Of a stretch of DNA of 64,000 nt, positions 30,109 through 38,927 are shown one piece after another. Below the pieces are notes generated by a model. The model searched no databases, was not told the DNA's origin, and saw nothing but the letters and a program-made list of their open reading frames with translations. The position numbers and the translations under genes were made by a program. Every line of letters begins with the position of its first letter. Positions within the stretch are counted from its first letter, which is position 1. The DNA comes from Deltaproteobacteria bacterium (GTDB lineage Bacteria; Myxococcota_A; UBA9160; SMWR01). The stretch covers positions 1 to 64,000 of the forward strand of contig JAQBHB010000041.1 in assembly GCA_032128115.1 (NCBI GenBank), given 5' to 3'.

Positions 30109-31933
30109 GCTGGGCCCACGCCTCGTCGCGTTCGGGAACGTGGATCATGACGGTGGCAATGTCGCCAGGCTGCAGCTTGAATGTCGCGTGCATGGGCGAC
30201 ACCTTCCCGCCGCGGCCGATCGCCAGGATCACGAAGCGCTCACCGGTACGGCTTGCGTCGTCGGGCTTCGAATCGGTCGCGTCCGTCTCGTCGGACCCGG
30301 TGTAGCTCCAGCTCTCCACCTTTGTCGCGCCGCGCCGCCAACGCGCATCCCAACACTCTACGTCGTGGGGGCCGTCGAACAGCACGCTGACCTCCTGACT
30401 CTCCACCAGATCTCCTACCAGGCCCGACTCGGGATTCGAGACCGCCACGTAGCAACTGGGAACACTGAAGCGCTCTCGGGCCCGGCTCACGAAGACGCCG
30501 TTGAGCATCTCGTTCGGAGTCAGCCCGATGGCGAGGCCCACCCGGTGCGGGCGGGCCCGCAGCAGCGTGCGCTCCTGCACCGCATTGCCGAAGATCACCG
30601 GGAAGCCAGCCTCTTCGGCTTGCCGGCAGTTCCGGGGATTGGAGTCGAGGAATACGATCGGCGTGCCCGACTCGCGCAGGGCGATGGCCAGCTCGAGCCC
30701 GAGACCCTGGGCTCCCAGGATGGCGGTGGTGTCGCGACCCGGCAGACGCTGTCCCAGCAGCGAAGCGATGGGCGCCGCCGTGAGCCCCGCCAGCACCACC
30801 GTGCCCGCGATCGTCAGGAACACCAGGGCCAGCAGTTCCGGCCCGCCTTCGAGCCCCTCGTTGGTGAGCGCTCCCGCCGCCACCGAGGCCACGGCCGCGG
30901 CCACGATGCCGCGGGGCGCGATCCAGGCGATCAGCCAGCGCTCCTTCCCCGACAGCTCGGACCCGGCGGTGCACAGCCACACATTGAGGGGCCGGATCGC
31001 GAAAACCAGTGCGCCCACGACCCCGACGCCCCGCCAACCCAGGGCCGCCACGTCTTCGAGGCGTACCCCAGCGGCCAGGAGTACGAAGAGCAGGCCGATC
31101 AGCATGATGCTCAACTGATCCTTGAACTCGCGAAGGTCCCGGTCCACCGGCGTGCGCAGGTTGCCCACCACGGCGCCGGCGATCGTCACCGCCAGGATCC
31201 CGCTGTGGGAAACCACCACGTCGCAGCCCTGGGAGAGCAGGAGCACCGAGGCGAGTACGAAGACGTTCTCGTGCCCCTCGGCAACCACCCGGCGCGCGTG
31301 CAGCAACCCGGCCAGGGCGATTCCCGCCAGGCCACCCGCGACGGTTCCGAACCCGAGTCGGTACACCAGGGCGCCCGCGCCGCTGGCCAGCGACTCGGCG
31401 CCTGGCGACAGGGCCACGCCCAACATGAGCACCGCTACGATGGCGCCGATCGGGTCGATCAGGACGCCCTCGGCCTCGAGCACCGTGGCCACCCGGGTCC
31501 GCAATCGCAAGCTCTCGACCAGGGGACCGACCACCGTGGGCCCCGTCACCACCACCAGGCTCCCGAAGAGCAGCGAATGGACCCACGGCCAGTCGAAGAA
31601 GGCATGGACGGACAGCGCCCCGCCGAACAGGGTCACCAGGGCGCCGACGCTCACCAGCCGCCGGATCGGAGTCTGCGCCCGGCGCAGGCGCGAGATATCC
31701 AGGTTGAGGCCGCCCTCGAAGAGGATCACCGCCACCGCCAGATCGACGATGGTGAACAGCCCGCTGCCCAACGAGAGCGGCTGCACCCAACCCAGGCCGT
31801 CGGGGCCCAGGGCCACACCCGCCACCAACAGCACCACGATTCCCGGCACGCGAATGTGCCGGCCCAGTGACTGCGCAACGATGCCGACCACGAGGGCCAG
31901 CACCAGTGTCAACGCGGGATGCGCCCCCTCCAC
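30062..31933 (-). CDS. CPA1 (NhaP-type) cation:proton antiporter with C-terminal RCK/TrkA-N domain
   Basis: VILFEGGL, VVTGPTV, EGVLIDPIGA, IAPRGIVAAA; C-terminal Rossmann-like GAQGLG...DSNP. Confidence 0.92.
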   Translation of the reverse strand: MEGAHPALTLVLALVVGIVAQSLGRHIRVPGIVVLLVAGVALGPDGLGWVQPLSLGSGLFTIVDLAVAVILFEGGLNLDISRLRRAQTPIRRLVSVGALVTLFGGALSVHAFFDWPWVHSLLFGSLVVVTGPTVVGPLVESLRLRTRVATVLEAEGVLIDPIGAIVAVLMLGVALSPGAESLASGAGALVYRLGFGTVAGGLAGIALAGLLHARRVVAEGHENVFVLASVLLLSQGCDVVVSHSGILAVTIAGAVVGNLRTPVDRDLREFKDQLSIMLIGLLFVLLAAGVRLEDVAALGWRGVGVVGALVFAIRPLNVWLCTAGSELSGKERWLIAWIAPRGIVAAAVASVAAGALTNEGLEGGPELLALVFLTIAGTVVLAGLTAAPIASLLGQRLPGRDTTAILGAQGLGLELAIALRESGTPIVFLDSNPRNCRQAEEAGFPVIFGNAVQERTLLRARPHRVGLAIGLTPNEMLNGVFVSRARERFSVPSCYVAVSNPESGLVGDLVESQEVSVLFDGPHDVECWDARWRRGATKVESWSYTGSDETDATDSKPDDASRTGERFVILAIGRGGKVSPMHATFKLQPGDIATVMIHVPERDEAWAQLRSLGWEPHREAEAA

Positions 31934-31984
31934 GGGCGGAACCTACCCCGATCCACCCTGCTGAGCCCGCACCTGGAAGTGAAA

Positions 31985-32028
31985 CGGGGAACGAGTGATC
32001 CCCGGCCGGGGAACGAGTGATCCCCGGC
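31985..32028. repeat. 22-bp tandem duplication of a hairpin-forming unit
   Basis: cggggaacgagtgatccccggc x2 (31985-32006, 32007-32028); each unit has CGGGGA...TCCCCG arms. Confidence 0.85.
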
Positions 32029-32405
32029 CACCGCAGGCTACGCCAGCGCGGCGGCCGGGGATGCGCGCTCGTCAGCTGTCGGGGCCGTTTCGGGTTGCGA
32101 CTGCCGCGCCGACAGGCCCAGTCCTGTCGCGGCTGCGACTCCTGCCAGACCCGCTCACCCGTACATGACCCCACTGACGGTCGCGCGTGGACTCGTCTCC
32201 TCACGCGTCGGACGATCGCTTCGCCCGACGGGTGGACCACGAAACCGAACCGGCAGGACGCCGAGCGAGAACCAAAGCACCGTTCAGGGCTTTACTCACT
32301 CCCAACGTCCGCACACTTTCCTTTATCAAGAATCGTGCCCACCGAAGAAACACCCATGAGCGGCTGCAATGCGATGAAATGGGGGTGCCGGCACCCATTA
32401 CCGGA

Positions 32406-32480
32406 GGAAAGGGCTTTCCCCTATTGGGAAAGTGGTTTCCCAGCGGGAAAGTGGTTTCCCAGCGCGGAAAAGACTTCACC
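32406..32480. repeat. Array of GGAAA-N4-TTTCC palindromes (possible operators)
   Basis: ggaaagggctttccc (32406-20), gggaaagtggtttccc (32426-41 and 32445-60), degenerate fourth copy at about 32466-79; period 19-20 bp. Confidence 0.8.
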
Positions 32481-32540
32481 TCTGCTAGCGTCCGGCCGCC
32501 AAATGAGCGGAACCCCCCCTGTTCCATGGAGGGATCTCCC

Positions 32541-33050
32541 GTGCGCAATTCCCAGATCATTCTCGTTGGCCTGATCGCCGCCGCAGCGGGCGCGGCACTG
32601 CTGCCCATGTTTGCAGCGGCAGGCAATGGCCAGACCGTGATCCTGAGTCAGGTTCCCTTCGCCGAGAACGCCATGGTGCGTTCTGAGGTGCGCGACCAGT
32701 GCCAGCTGGACTCCAAGGTGCCGGCGTACATCGTGCAGTCGGCGAGCGGCCAGATCATAACCGCCCACGAGCTTCCCGGGACCGGCCGGACGCTGGAGAT
32801 CGAGATCGTGGATGCCGCCGAGCAGGGCAATGCCTTCACGGGTCGGGCCAAGAGCCTGACGCTCTCGGGCGAGCTTCGCGAAAAAGGCAAGGTCGTCGGA
32901 AGTTTCCGAGCCCGACGCTCGACGACAGGCGGCGTCTTTGGCCAGTACAAGGGCAACTGCTCGTTCTTCTACCGCTGCGCCAAGACGCTGGGACGCGACG
33001 TGGCCCAGTGGCTGAACAATCCCACGATGAACGCGCGCATCGGCGAATAG
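32541..33050 (+). CDS. Secreted hypothetical protein (Cys-containing)
   Basis: GGAGG RBS + GTG; Sec signal peptide ending AAA; GQYKGNC....RCAKTLGRDVAQWL C-terminus. Confidence 0.75.
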   Translation: MRNSQIILVGLIAAAAGAALLPMFAAAGNGQTVILSQVPFAENAMVRSEVRDQCQLDSKVPAYIVQSASGQIITAHELPGTGRTLEIEIVDAAEQGNAFTGRAKSLTLSGELREKGKVVGSFRARRSTTGGVFGQYKGNCSFFYRCAKTLGRDVAQWLNNPTMNARIGE

Positions 33051-33051
33051 G

Positions 33052-33119
33052 GCATCTGGACGACCAGAGCATCTGGACGGCTAGAGCGTCTGGACGACTA
33101 GAGCATCTGGGAGACTGGG
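33052..33119. repeat. 17-bp tandem repeat, three copies plus a degenerate fourth
   Basis: gcatctggacgaccaga / gcatctggacggctaga / gcgtctggacgactaga / gcatctgggagactggg, starting just after the stop of 32541-33050. Confidence 0.85.
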
Positions 33120-33142
33120 GTTCCGGGCCCGCCCGGGCCGGA

Positions 33143-33952
33143 TCAGGCCTGTGGCGGCTCCCACACCAGCCGCGCCACGCCCCCATCCACCCGGACCTGT
33201 GGGGCTCGCGCCAGGCGCAGTCCGCGCCCATCGCTGCTGCGGCCGCTTTCCAGCCGGAACACGTATCCGTGCCACGGGCACCGGATGCAGCCTTCCTCGA
33301 TCACGGCATCGTCGAGGGGGCCCAGCCAGTGCGGACAGGTGCCCGCGTGGGCCATGAGCTCTCCTTCCACGTCGACCACTCGCCAGACGCGCCCCCGGAC
33401 CTCGACCCGCCGCGGAAGCTGATTGCGCAGGGCCTCCACCGGGCCCAGGTTGAATTCGTCCACACTCTCGCCGTCCGCGGGCGTCGTGTTCTCCAGGCCT
33501 GCCTGCCTATGGCGCATCATGGCCTCGTCCTCGTCCCAGAGCCGTTCGTAGAGGCGGGTGTAGCCGGCGCCCAGGATCTGGGCGCTGGCCGGCGCTACCT
33601 CCGGGAGGCGGAACTCCACCTCGATGCGAGTGCGGCCATCAGCCCCGGACTCGAGCCGCGTCCAGATCTCGGTGCCCCGCCCGGGTCCCTCCAGGGTTCG
33701 AACCACGTAGCGGGATTTCGGGCGATCCAGGATCAGCTCGATGGTGATCGGGTGGGCCGGATCGGCGGGCTGAAGGCCCACCCGCGCCCGCCATCCCCAG
33801 CGACCCGATTCGAGGCACTCGATGCTGGAGAAGCTGCTGGAGTGGAGCCAGGGCAGGTGCTCCCAGTCGAGCGCGTTCTCCCACACGCGTTCGAGGCAGG
33901 CCCGCAACTCGCGCCGGTAGACCGCGACTCTCACCAGTGAGGGGGACTCCAC
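33143..33952 (-). CDS. Rieske oxygenase-like protein with permuted domains (catalytic SRPBCC-type domain N-terminal, Rieske domain C-terminal)
   Basis: N-terminal ENALDWEHLPWLH mononuclear-iron motif; C-terminal CPH...CPWHG Rieske motif; GGAGG RBS + GTG 33952. Confidence 0.82.
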   Translation of the reverse strand: MESPSLVRVAVYRRELRACLERVWENALDWEHLPWLHSSSFSSIECLESGRWGWRARVGLQPADPAHPITIELILDRPKSRYVVRTLEGPGRGTEIWTRLESGADGRTRIEVEFRLPEVAPASAQILGAGYTRLYERLWDEDEAMMRHRQAGLENTTPADGESVDEFNLGPVEALRNQLPRRVEVRGRVWRVVDVEGELMAHAGTCPHWLGPLDDAVIEEGCIRCPWHGYVFRLESGRSSDGRGLRLARAPQVRVDGGVARLVWEPPQA

Positions 33953-34071
33953 CGCCGACCTCCGGCGGCAGCATAACCGAGCGCCCGTCCTACTTGACCC
34001 GGCCGGATCGAGCGTCCATAAATGCCCCACCAGGCCCCAGACAAGACCCCTGTCCACCGGGAGGGAGATCC

Positions 34072-34932
34072 ATGGCGGAGCGAAGTGTCGTGATCACGGG
34101 TGCGTCCACCGGCATTGGCCGGGCGGCCGCCTTGCACATGGATCGACAGGGATTCCAGGTGTTTGCGGGCGTGCGCCGCGACGAGGACGCCCGGGCCTTG
34201 CGCTCAGCGGCCTCGGCACGGCTCACGCCGCTGATGCTCGACGTCACCGATGCGACGGGGATCGAGGCAGCGGCGAAGAGCGTCGAGCAGGCGCTCGGCG
34301 CAGCCGGGCTCGGGGGTTTGGTCAACAACGCCGGGGTGGGTGTGACGGCGGTCCAGGAGTTCATCGACCTGGACGAGCTGCGCCGCCAGCTGGAGGTGAA
34401 CGTGGTGGGCCCGGTGGCAGTGACCCGCGCCTTCCTCCCGCTGCTTCGACTCGGCGGCGGCCGCGTGGTTCACGTGGGCTCGATGGGCGGCTACAACGCC
34501 GCGCCCTTCATGGGGCCCTACGCCGCATCGAAGTTCGCGATCGAGGCGCTCACGGACTCCCTGCGGCGCGAACTGCGCCCATGGGGCCTGGAGGTCGCGC
34601 TGATCGAGCCGGGCAGCATCGGGACCCCCATCTGGGACAAGGCCCAGTCCTACGCCGACGAAGTGCGCAAGGGGCTGTCCGAGCGAGCGCTCGATCTCTA
34701 CGGCGATCACCTGGACAAGATGGTGAAGTTCGCGGTGTCGGCCTCGCTGCGCGCGATCCCCGCCGAGAAGGTGGCCGAGGCGATCCACCACGCGCTCACC
34801 TCCCCGCGCCCGAGAACCCGTTATCGGGTCGGTTTCGACGCCAAGCTGGTGAAGTTCCTCACCCGCGTGCTTCCCGACCGGGCGATCGACGCCCTGGTGG
34901 CCAGGATGATCGGCATGCCGAAGGGCGGCTGA
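34072..34932 (+). CDS. SDR family oxidoreductase (17beta-HSD/RDH-like)
   Basis: TGASTGIG, LVNNAG, YAASK, IEPG, PRTRY.VG.DA. Confidence 0.9.
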   Translation: MAERSVVITGASTGIGRAAALHMDRQGFQVFAGVRRDEDARALRSAASARLTPLMLDVTDATGIEAAAKSVEQALGAAGLGGLVNNAGVGVTAVQEFIDLDELRRQLEVNVVGPVAVTRAFLPLLRLGGGRVVHVGSMGGYNAAPFMGPYAASKFAIEALTDSLRRELRPWGLEVALIEPGSIGTPIWDKAQSYADEVRKGLSERALDLYGDHLDKMVKFAVSASLRAIPAEKVAEAIHHALTSPRPRTRYRVGFDAKLVKFLTRVLPDRAIDALVARMIGMPKGG

Positions 34933-34969
34933 GTTCGCTCCGAACTCGCCCCGGAGGCGCCCGCAAGCA

Positions 34970-34985
34970 TGTGACCTGGATCACA
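34970..34985. promoter_or_regulatory. CRP-family binding site
   Basis: TGTGA-CCTGGA-TCACA, a perfect TGTGA-N6-TCACA, intergenic and 93 bp upstream of ATG 35079. Confidence 0.7.
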
Positions 34986-35078
34986 AGAATTGTGGGGATA
35001 CCGACCCATTGAGGGTTCAAGCTGCCGGCCTGCCGCTCCGATCGGTAGGTCCCCACCTTTTCGGGGGGAGGTTTCGCC

Positions 35079-36497
35079 ATGGATTCGATCTATTTCTGGC
35101 CGGACAATCCGGCGGCTTCGATCTGCGCACTGGCCGGGATCAGCATGATCTTCCTGTGGGCGGCTCGGGAGCCCATGCTCCAGATGCTGCGAAGCCTGGG
35201 GAAGGGACTCGAGAGCGGTCTGCGGGCGGTGGCCCGATGGTGCGCAGAGACGGCCGAGAACCTGCAGCGCCGCAGTACCGAGGCCCTGCTGGCCGCCGGC
35301 GAGCTCGAGCTCAACGGCAAGGTCGAGCGCGAGCTCCAGAAGATCGATGGCAGCTTCGCCCAGAAGGTCGGCCAGTATTCCACGCTCCACCGGCGACTCG
35401 ACGATCTGCTCAACCACCTGGACACGGACTACAAGAACTGCGGCGACTCGCCGCCGGACGTGCCGGGTTGGGCACCCGCGGTGGAAGCCGTGGCCAACAT
35501 CCCGGCCGCCGCCGACCCCAACGTGAAGAAGGTGTTGGAGGGGATCCAGGGCTCCCTGGAGGACGCCGGGAAGAAGGCCCTCAAGAATTATCGCGACGAG
35601 AGCTCCAAGCGGCACGGTCTGCTGAACAAGATGCGGCCGGACTGGAAGGAGGTTCGCGGCTTGATGGCGCGCATGCAGGACATGGCCGCCAAGGCGCTCC
35701 AGATCACCGGAAAGATCGATCGCTTCGTGGACGAGTACGCGCAGGTCCTCAAGGACCGCGACTCGGCCGCCAAGGCGCTCACGTACTCGGCGTTCAAGCC
35801 CTTCATCATCTCGCTGATCGTGATGGGCGTGGCGCTTGGGGGCGCCTTCATCAACTTCCAGCTGATCGCCCTCCCCATGTCGGAGTTGGTGCCCGCGGGC
35901 GCCCGGATCGGCGGGCTCCCGGTCTCCACGGTCTCGGCCCTGGTAATCGTTCTGATGGAGGCGGCCCTCGGAATCTTCCTGATGGACATGCTGGGCATTA
36001 CCGACCTGTTTCCGAAGCTCAGCGCGGTGGCGCCTTCGCGGCGCCGGCTGATCCTGTGGATGGCGACCCTGGGCCTGTTCTTCCTGGCGTCGGTGGAGAG
36101 CTCGCTGGCGATCCTGCGCGAGCAGATCGTCGAGGCCGATGCATTCCTCAAGCTGTCGTTGGCTGGCGTGGAGAACAACGTTGTGGCGCGGCCCACCTCT
36201 TCGTCGATTCCCGTCATCGGGCAGGCGGTGCTTGGCTTCGTGCTGCCCTGGATCCTGTCCATGGTGGCGATTCCGCTGGAGATGTTCCTGGACAGTGGCC
36301 GTCACGTATTGGCGCGGGCCTCGGTGTTCGCGCTCCACCTGGTGGGTCACGTGATGACGATTGCAGCGCACCTGGCCAAGTACCTGACGAGCGCGATCCC
36401 CAGCATCTACGACGTGTACGTGGCTCTCCCCCTGCGCATCGAGCGGATGATCCGAAAGGCGGACCCGGTGAGCATCGACGACGCGGAGGTGGCGTGA
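35079..36497 (+). CDS. Hypothetical membrane protein (N-terminal TM, long helical/coiled-coil region, about 4-5 C-terminal TMs)
   Basis: GGAGG RBS; 472-aa ORF with protein-like composition and a clear hydrophobicity pattern. Confidence 0.85.
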   Translation: MDSIYFWPDNPAASICALAGISMIFLWAAREPMLQMLRSLGKGLESGLRAVARWCAETAENLQRRSTEALLAAGELELNGKVERELQKIDGSFAQKVGQYSTLHRRLDDLLNHLDTDYKNCGDSPPDVPGWAPAVEAVANIPAAADPNVKKVLEGIQGSLEDAGKKALKNYRDESSKRHGLLNKMRPDWKEVRGLMARMQDMAAKALQITGKIDRFVDEYAQVLKDRDSAAKALTYSAFKPFIISLIVMGVALGGAFINFQLIALPMSELVPAGARIGGLPVSTVSALVIVLMEAALGIFLMDMLGITDLFPKLSAVAPSRRRLILWMATLGLFFLASVESSLAILREQIVEADAFLKLSLAGVENNVVARPTSSSIPVIGQAVLGFVLPWILSMVAIPLEMFLDSGRHVLARASVFALHLVGHVMTIAAHLAKYLTSAIPSIYDVYVALPLRIERMIRKADPVSIDDAEVA

Positions 36498-37153
36498 TGA
36501 AGCGGGTTCTCGTCTCCCTTGCACTGGGTCTCGCCGTGCTGGGCTGCGACTCGCGCCGATACGACCAGGCGATCGGTGTACTGATCGACGTGTCGGGAAC
36601 CTATTCGGACCAGCGCGCCGAGACGGTCAACGTGATCAAGCGCGAGGTCCTTCCGCACATGGTGCCCGGCGATACCCTGCTGGTGGTTCGCATCGACAGT
36701 GAGAGCTACGACCAGGAGAACGTGGAAGCCCTGCTCACCCTGGACCACCGGCCCTCCCACGCCAACGCCCAGAAGCTGGCCATGGCCCACAAGCTCGACG
36801 CCTTCGCCAAACAGCCGGTGAACGCGCGTCACACGGACATCCCGGGCGCCATGATGTTGACGTCGGAATACCTGAACGAGATCGGCAGTGGGAGCCGCGT
36901 GATGCTGATCTTCAGCGACATGCAAGAGGATCTGCCTCCGGGCTCCAAGCGCGACCTGACGTCCGACGAGCTGCAGGGGACCCACGTGGTGGCCATGAAC
37001 GTGAAGCGCCTCCAGCACGACACCGTCGACCCGGCGGTATTCCGCGATCGCCTGGAAACCTGGGGAGAACGGGTGACGGCAGCGGGCGCGGTCGAGTGGC
37101 GCACGTTCATGGACGCGACAAAGCTTCCGGACTATCTGGCGACGATCCGGTAG
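36497..37153 (+). CDS. VWA-domain lipoprotein
   Basis: TGATG coupling; lipobox VLGC; MIDAS-like DVSGT, HTDI and IFSD. Confidence 0.85.
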   Translation: MKRVLVSLALGLAVLGCDSRRYDQAIGVLIDVSGTYSDQRAETVNVIKREVLPHMVPGDTLLVVRIDSESYDQENVEALLTLDHRPSHANAQKLAMAHKLDAFAKQPVNARHTDIPGAMMLTSEYLNEIGSGSRVMLIFSDMQEDLPPGSKRDLTSDELQGTHVVAMNVKRLQHDTVDPAVFRDRLETWGERVTAAGAVEWRTFMDATKLPDYLATIR

Positions 37154-37189
37154 TTCGCGGTCGTCACGCGCGGATTCGGCGCCTGTCGA

Positions 37190-38848
37190 TCAGCCGTTCC
37201 AGCGCTTCGCTTCTTCGATCATGTGGTTGGCGACGCGGTATGCGTTGGCAAGGATGGTGAGGGTGGGGTTGTAACCGCCCGACGTGGGGAAGCAGCTCCC
37301 GTCCACCACCCACAGATTCGGTACGTCGTGGGCCCGGCACCAGCGGTCGAGCACCGATCTGGTGGGATCGTCGCCCATGCGGCACGTGCCGTGCACGTGG
37401 GCGCTGCCCTTCATGGCCGTCTGCTCGTCGATCCGGGTCACGCCCGGAATCTGGAGCAGCCACTTGCGGGAGGCTCCGCAGGCGTCTGCCAGGTCCGGCA
37501 GCTGCTCCGCGTACCAGCGATTCATGGCGATGTCGTTCGGGTGCTGGCGGTGGGTGATGCGCGCCACCGGCAGGCCGTCCGCATCCACCACCTCGGGATC
37601 CAGATCGACCCGGTTCTCCGGCATGGGTAGATCCTCGAGAATGCTCCCGATGGTGATGGCCCGCGGGAAATCGCGCAGGAATCGCTTGAGATCTGCCCCC
37701 CAGCTTCGGGTGAGTTCCGGATCGCCCTGGTTGCTCAGGGCGTAGACGATGGGCTGGCGCGTGAAGGAGTTCACCTCGGCCACGACCCCGCCGCGGATGA
37801 AGCCTCGGCTGGCGTCGCTGGGATGGAAGTCGTCGATGGCGCGATAGGCCTCGATTCCGGTGACACCCAGGGCAGGTTCGTCCACCAGGAATCGTATGGC
37901 GGCGTGGTGGTGCAGCATCAGGTTCCGGCCCACGAGACCACTCGAATTGGCGAGGCCCTCTGGAAACGATCCCGACCGGGACGAAAGCAACAGGAGCGGC
38001 GACCCGATGGCGCTGCAGGCGACCACCACCCGCCGCGCCCGCACCTCGTGGAGGTTGCCGTTCGCGTCCAGGTAACGCGCACCCCGAACGCGACCGTCCC
38101 CAGCGACTGGAAGATCGAAGACCCTGGCGTTGGGACGCAGGTCCAGCCGGCCGGTGGCCCGGGCGCGCGGCAGGCAGACCGACAGGGTCGAGGCCTTGGC
38201 GTGGATGGCGCACCCGTAGCCCTGGCATGCGCCGCCATAGCTGCAACCGCTGCGTCCCTGGTAGTTCGACGGGTTGATGGCGACGGGAAGCGGAAACGGG
38301 TGGTGGCCCAGCGCGCGCGCGCCTCGTTCGAAGATCCGGCTGGAAATGCGCTCCGGATGGGGCGCGTGGGGATACTCGGCCGCCTGGGGTGGTGCGAATG
38401 GATTGGCGCCGCGCCGGCCCGCCACACCGAAATCGCGCTCGGCGCGCGCATACCCGGGCTCGAGTTCGTCGTAGCCAAGGGGCCAATCGGCCAGGCTCGC
38501 GCCAGACACCGGCCCTTCGCTCGAGAGCACCCGGAAATCGTCCTCGCGGAATCGCCACGACCAGCCCGACCAGCGGGTCATGCTGCCCCCCACCGCGTGG
38601 GCGAGCTGGTTGTAGCGGCCGGGCACGGCGGGCTCGCCCGGGTCGTGGCGATAGGTCTCGAGCTGATCCGGGGCAAAGAGCCGATCGCGGACGATGACCT
38701 CGAGCTCGTCATCCACGAACTGGCTGCTGGAGAGTTCGGGTCCGCGCTGCAGGGCCACCACCCGGAATCCCGCCTCCGCGAGCTCCTGGATCATCACACC
38801 GCCGCCCGCGCCGGTTCCGATCACGCAGACGTCGAACTCGGCCCGCAC
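37190..38848 (-). CDS. GMC family oxidoreductase
   Basis: VIGTGAGGG, AVGGS...W, C...G.C...GC, VGRNLMLH, HVHGTCRMG, NLWVVDGS, NPTLTI; GGAGG RBS + GTG 38848. Confidence 0.92.
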   Translation of the reverse strand: MRAEFDVCVIGTGAGGGVMIQELAEAGFRVVALQRGPELSSSQFVDDELEVIVRDRLFAPDQLETYRHDPGEPAVPGRYNQLAHAVGGSMTRWSGWSWRFREDDFRVLSSEGPVSGASLADWPLGYDELEPGYARAERDFGVAGRRGANPFAPPQAAEYPHAPHPERISSRIFERGARALGHHPFPLPVAINPSNYQGRSGCSYGGACQGYGCAIHAKASTLSVCLPRARATGRLDLRPNARVFDLPVAGDGRVRGARYLDANGNLHEVRARRVVVACSAIGSPLLLLSSRSGSFPEGLANSSGLVGRNLMLHHHAAIRFLVDEPALGVTGIEAYRAIDDFHPSDASRGFIRGGVVAEVNSFTRQPIVYALSNQGDPELTRSWGADLKRFLRDFPRAITIGSILEDLPMPENRVDLDPEVVDADGLPVARITHRQHPNDIAMNRWYAEQLPDLADACGASRKWLLQIPGVTRIDEQTAMKGSAHVHGTCRMGDDPTRSVLDRWCRAHDVPNLWVVDGSCFPTSGGYNPTLTILANAYRVANHMIEEAKRWNG

Positions 38849-38927
38849 GCCCGTAACCCCTCCTCCGGACTCGCCCGCGGCACCGGGGTCCGGATAAGAT
38901 GAAAGTCTACATGAGAAGCACGCTCCC

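Noticed and set aside
32038..32200. Minus-strand frame ...VSGVMYG*AGLAGVAAATGLGLS... with an in-frame TGA at 32155-32157, as a selenoprotein or pseudogene
   Set aside because: No recognisable family, no redox motif and no identifiable SECIS; it could be a decayed membrane-protein remnant but I cannot support that.
31985..33119. Short repeat arrays as a CRISPR array
   Set aside because: The units are directly tandem with no unique spacers, are only 17-22 bp, and there are no cas genes.
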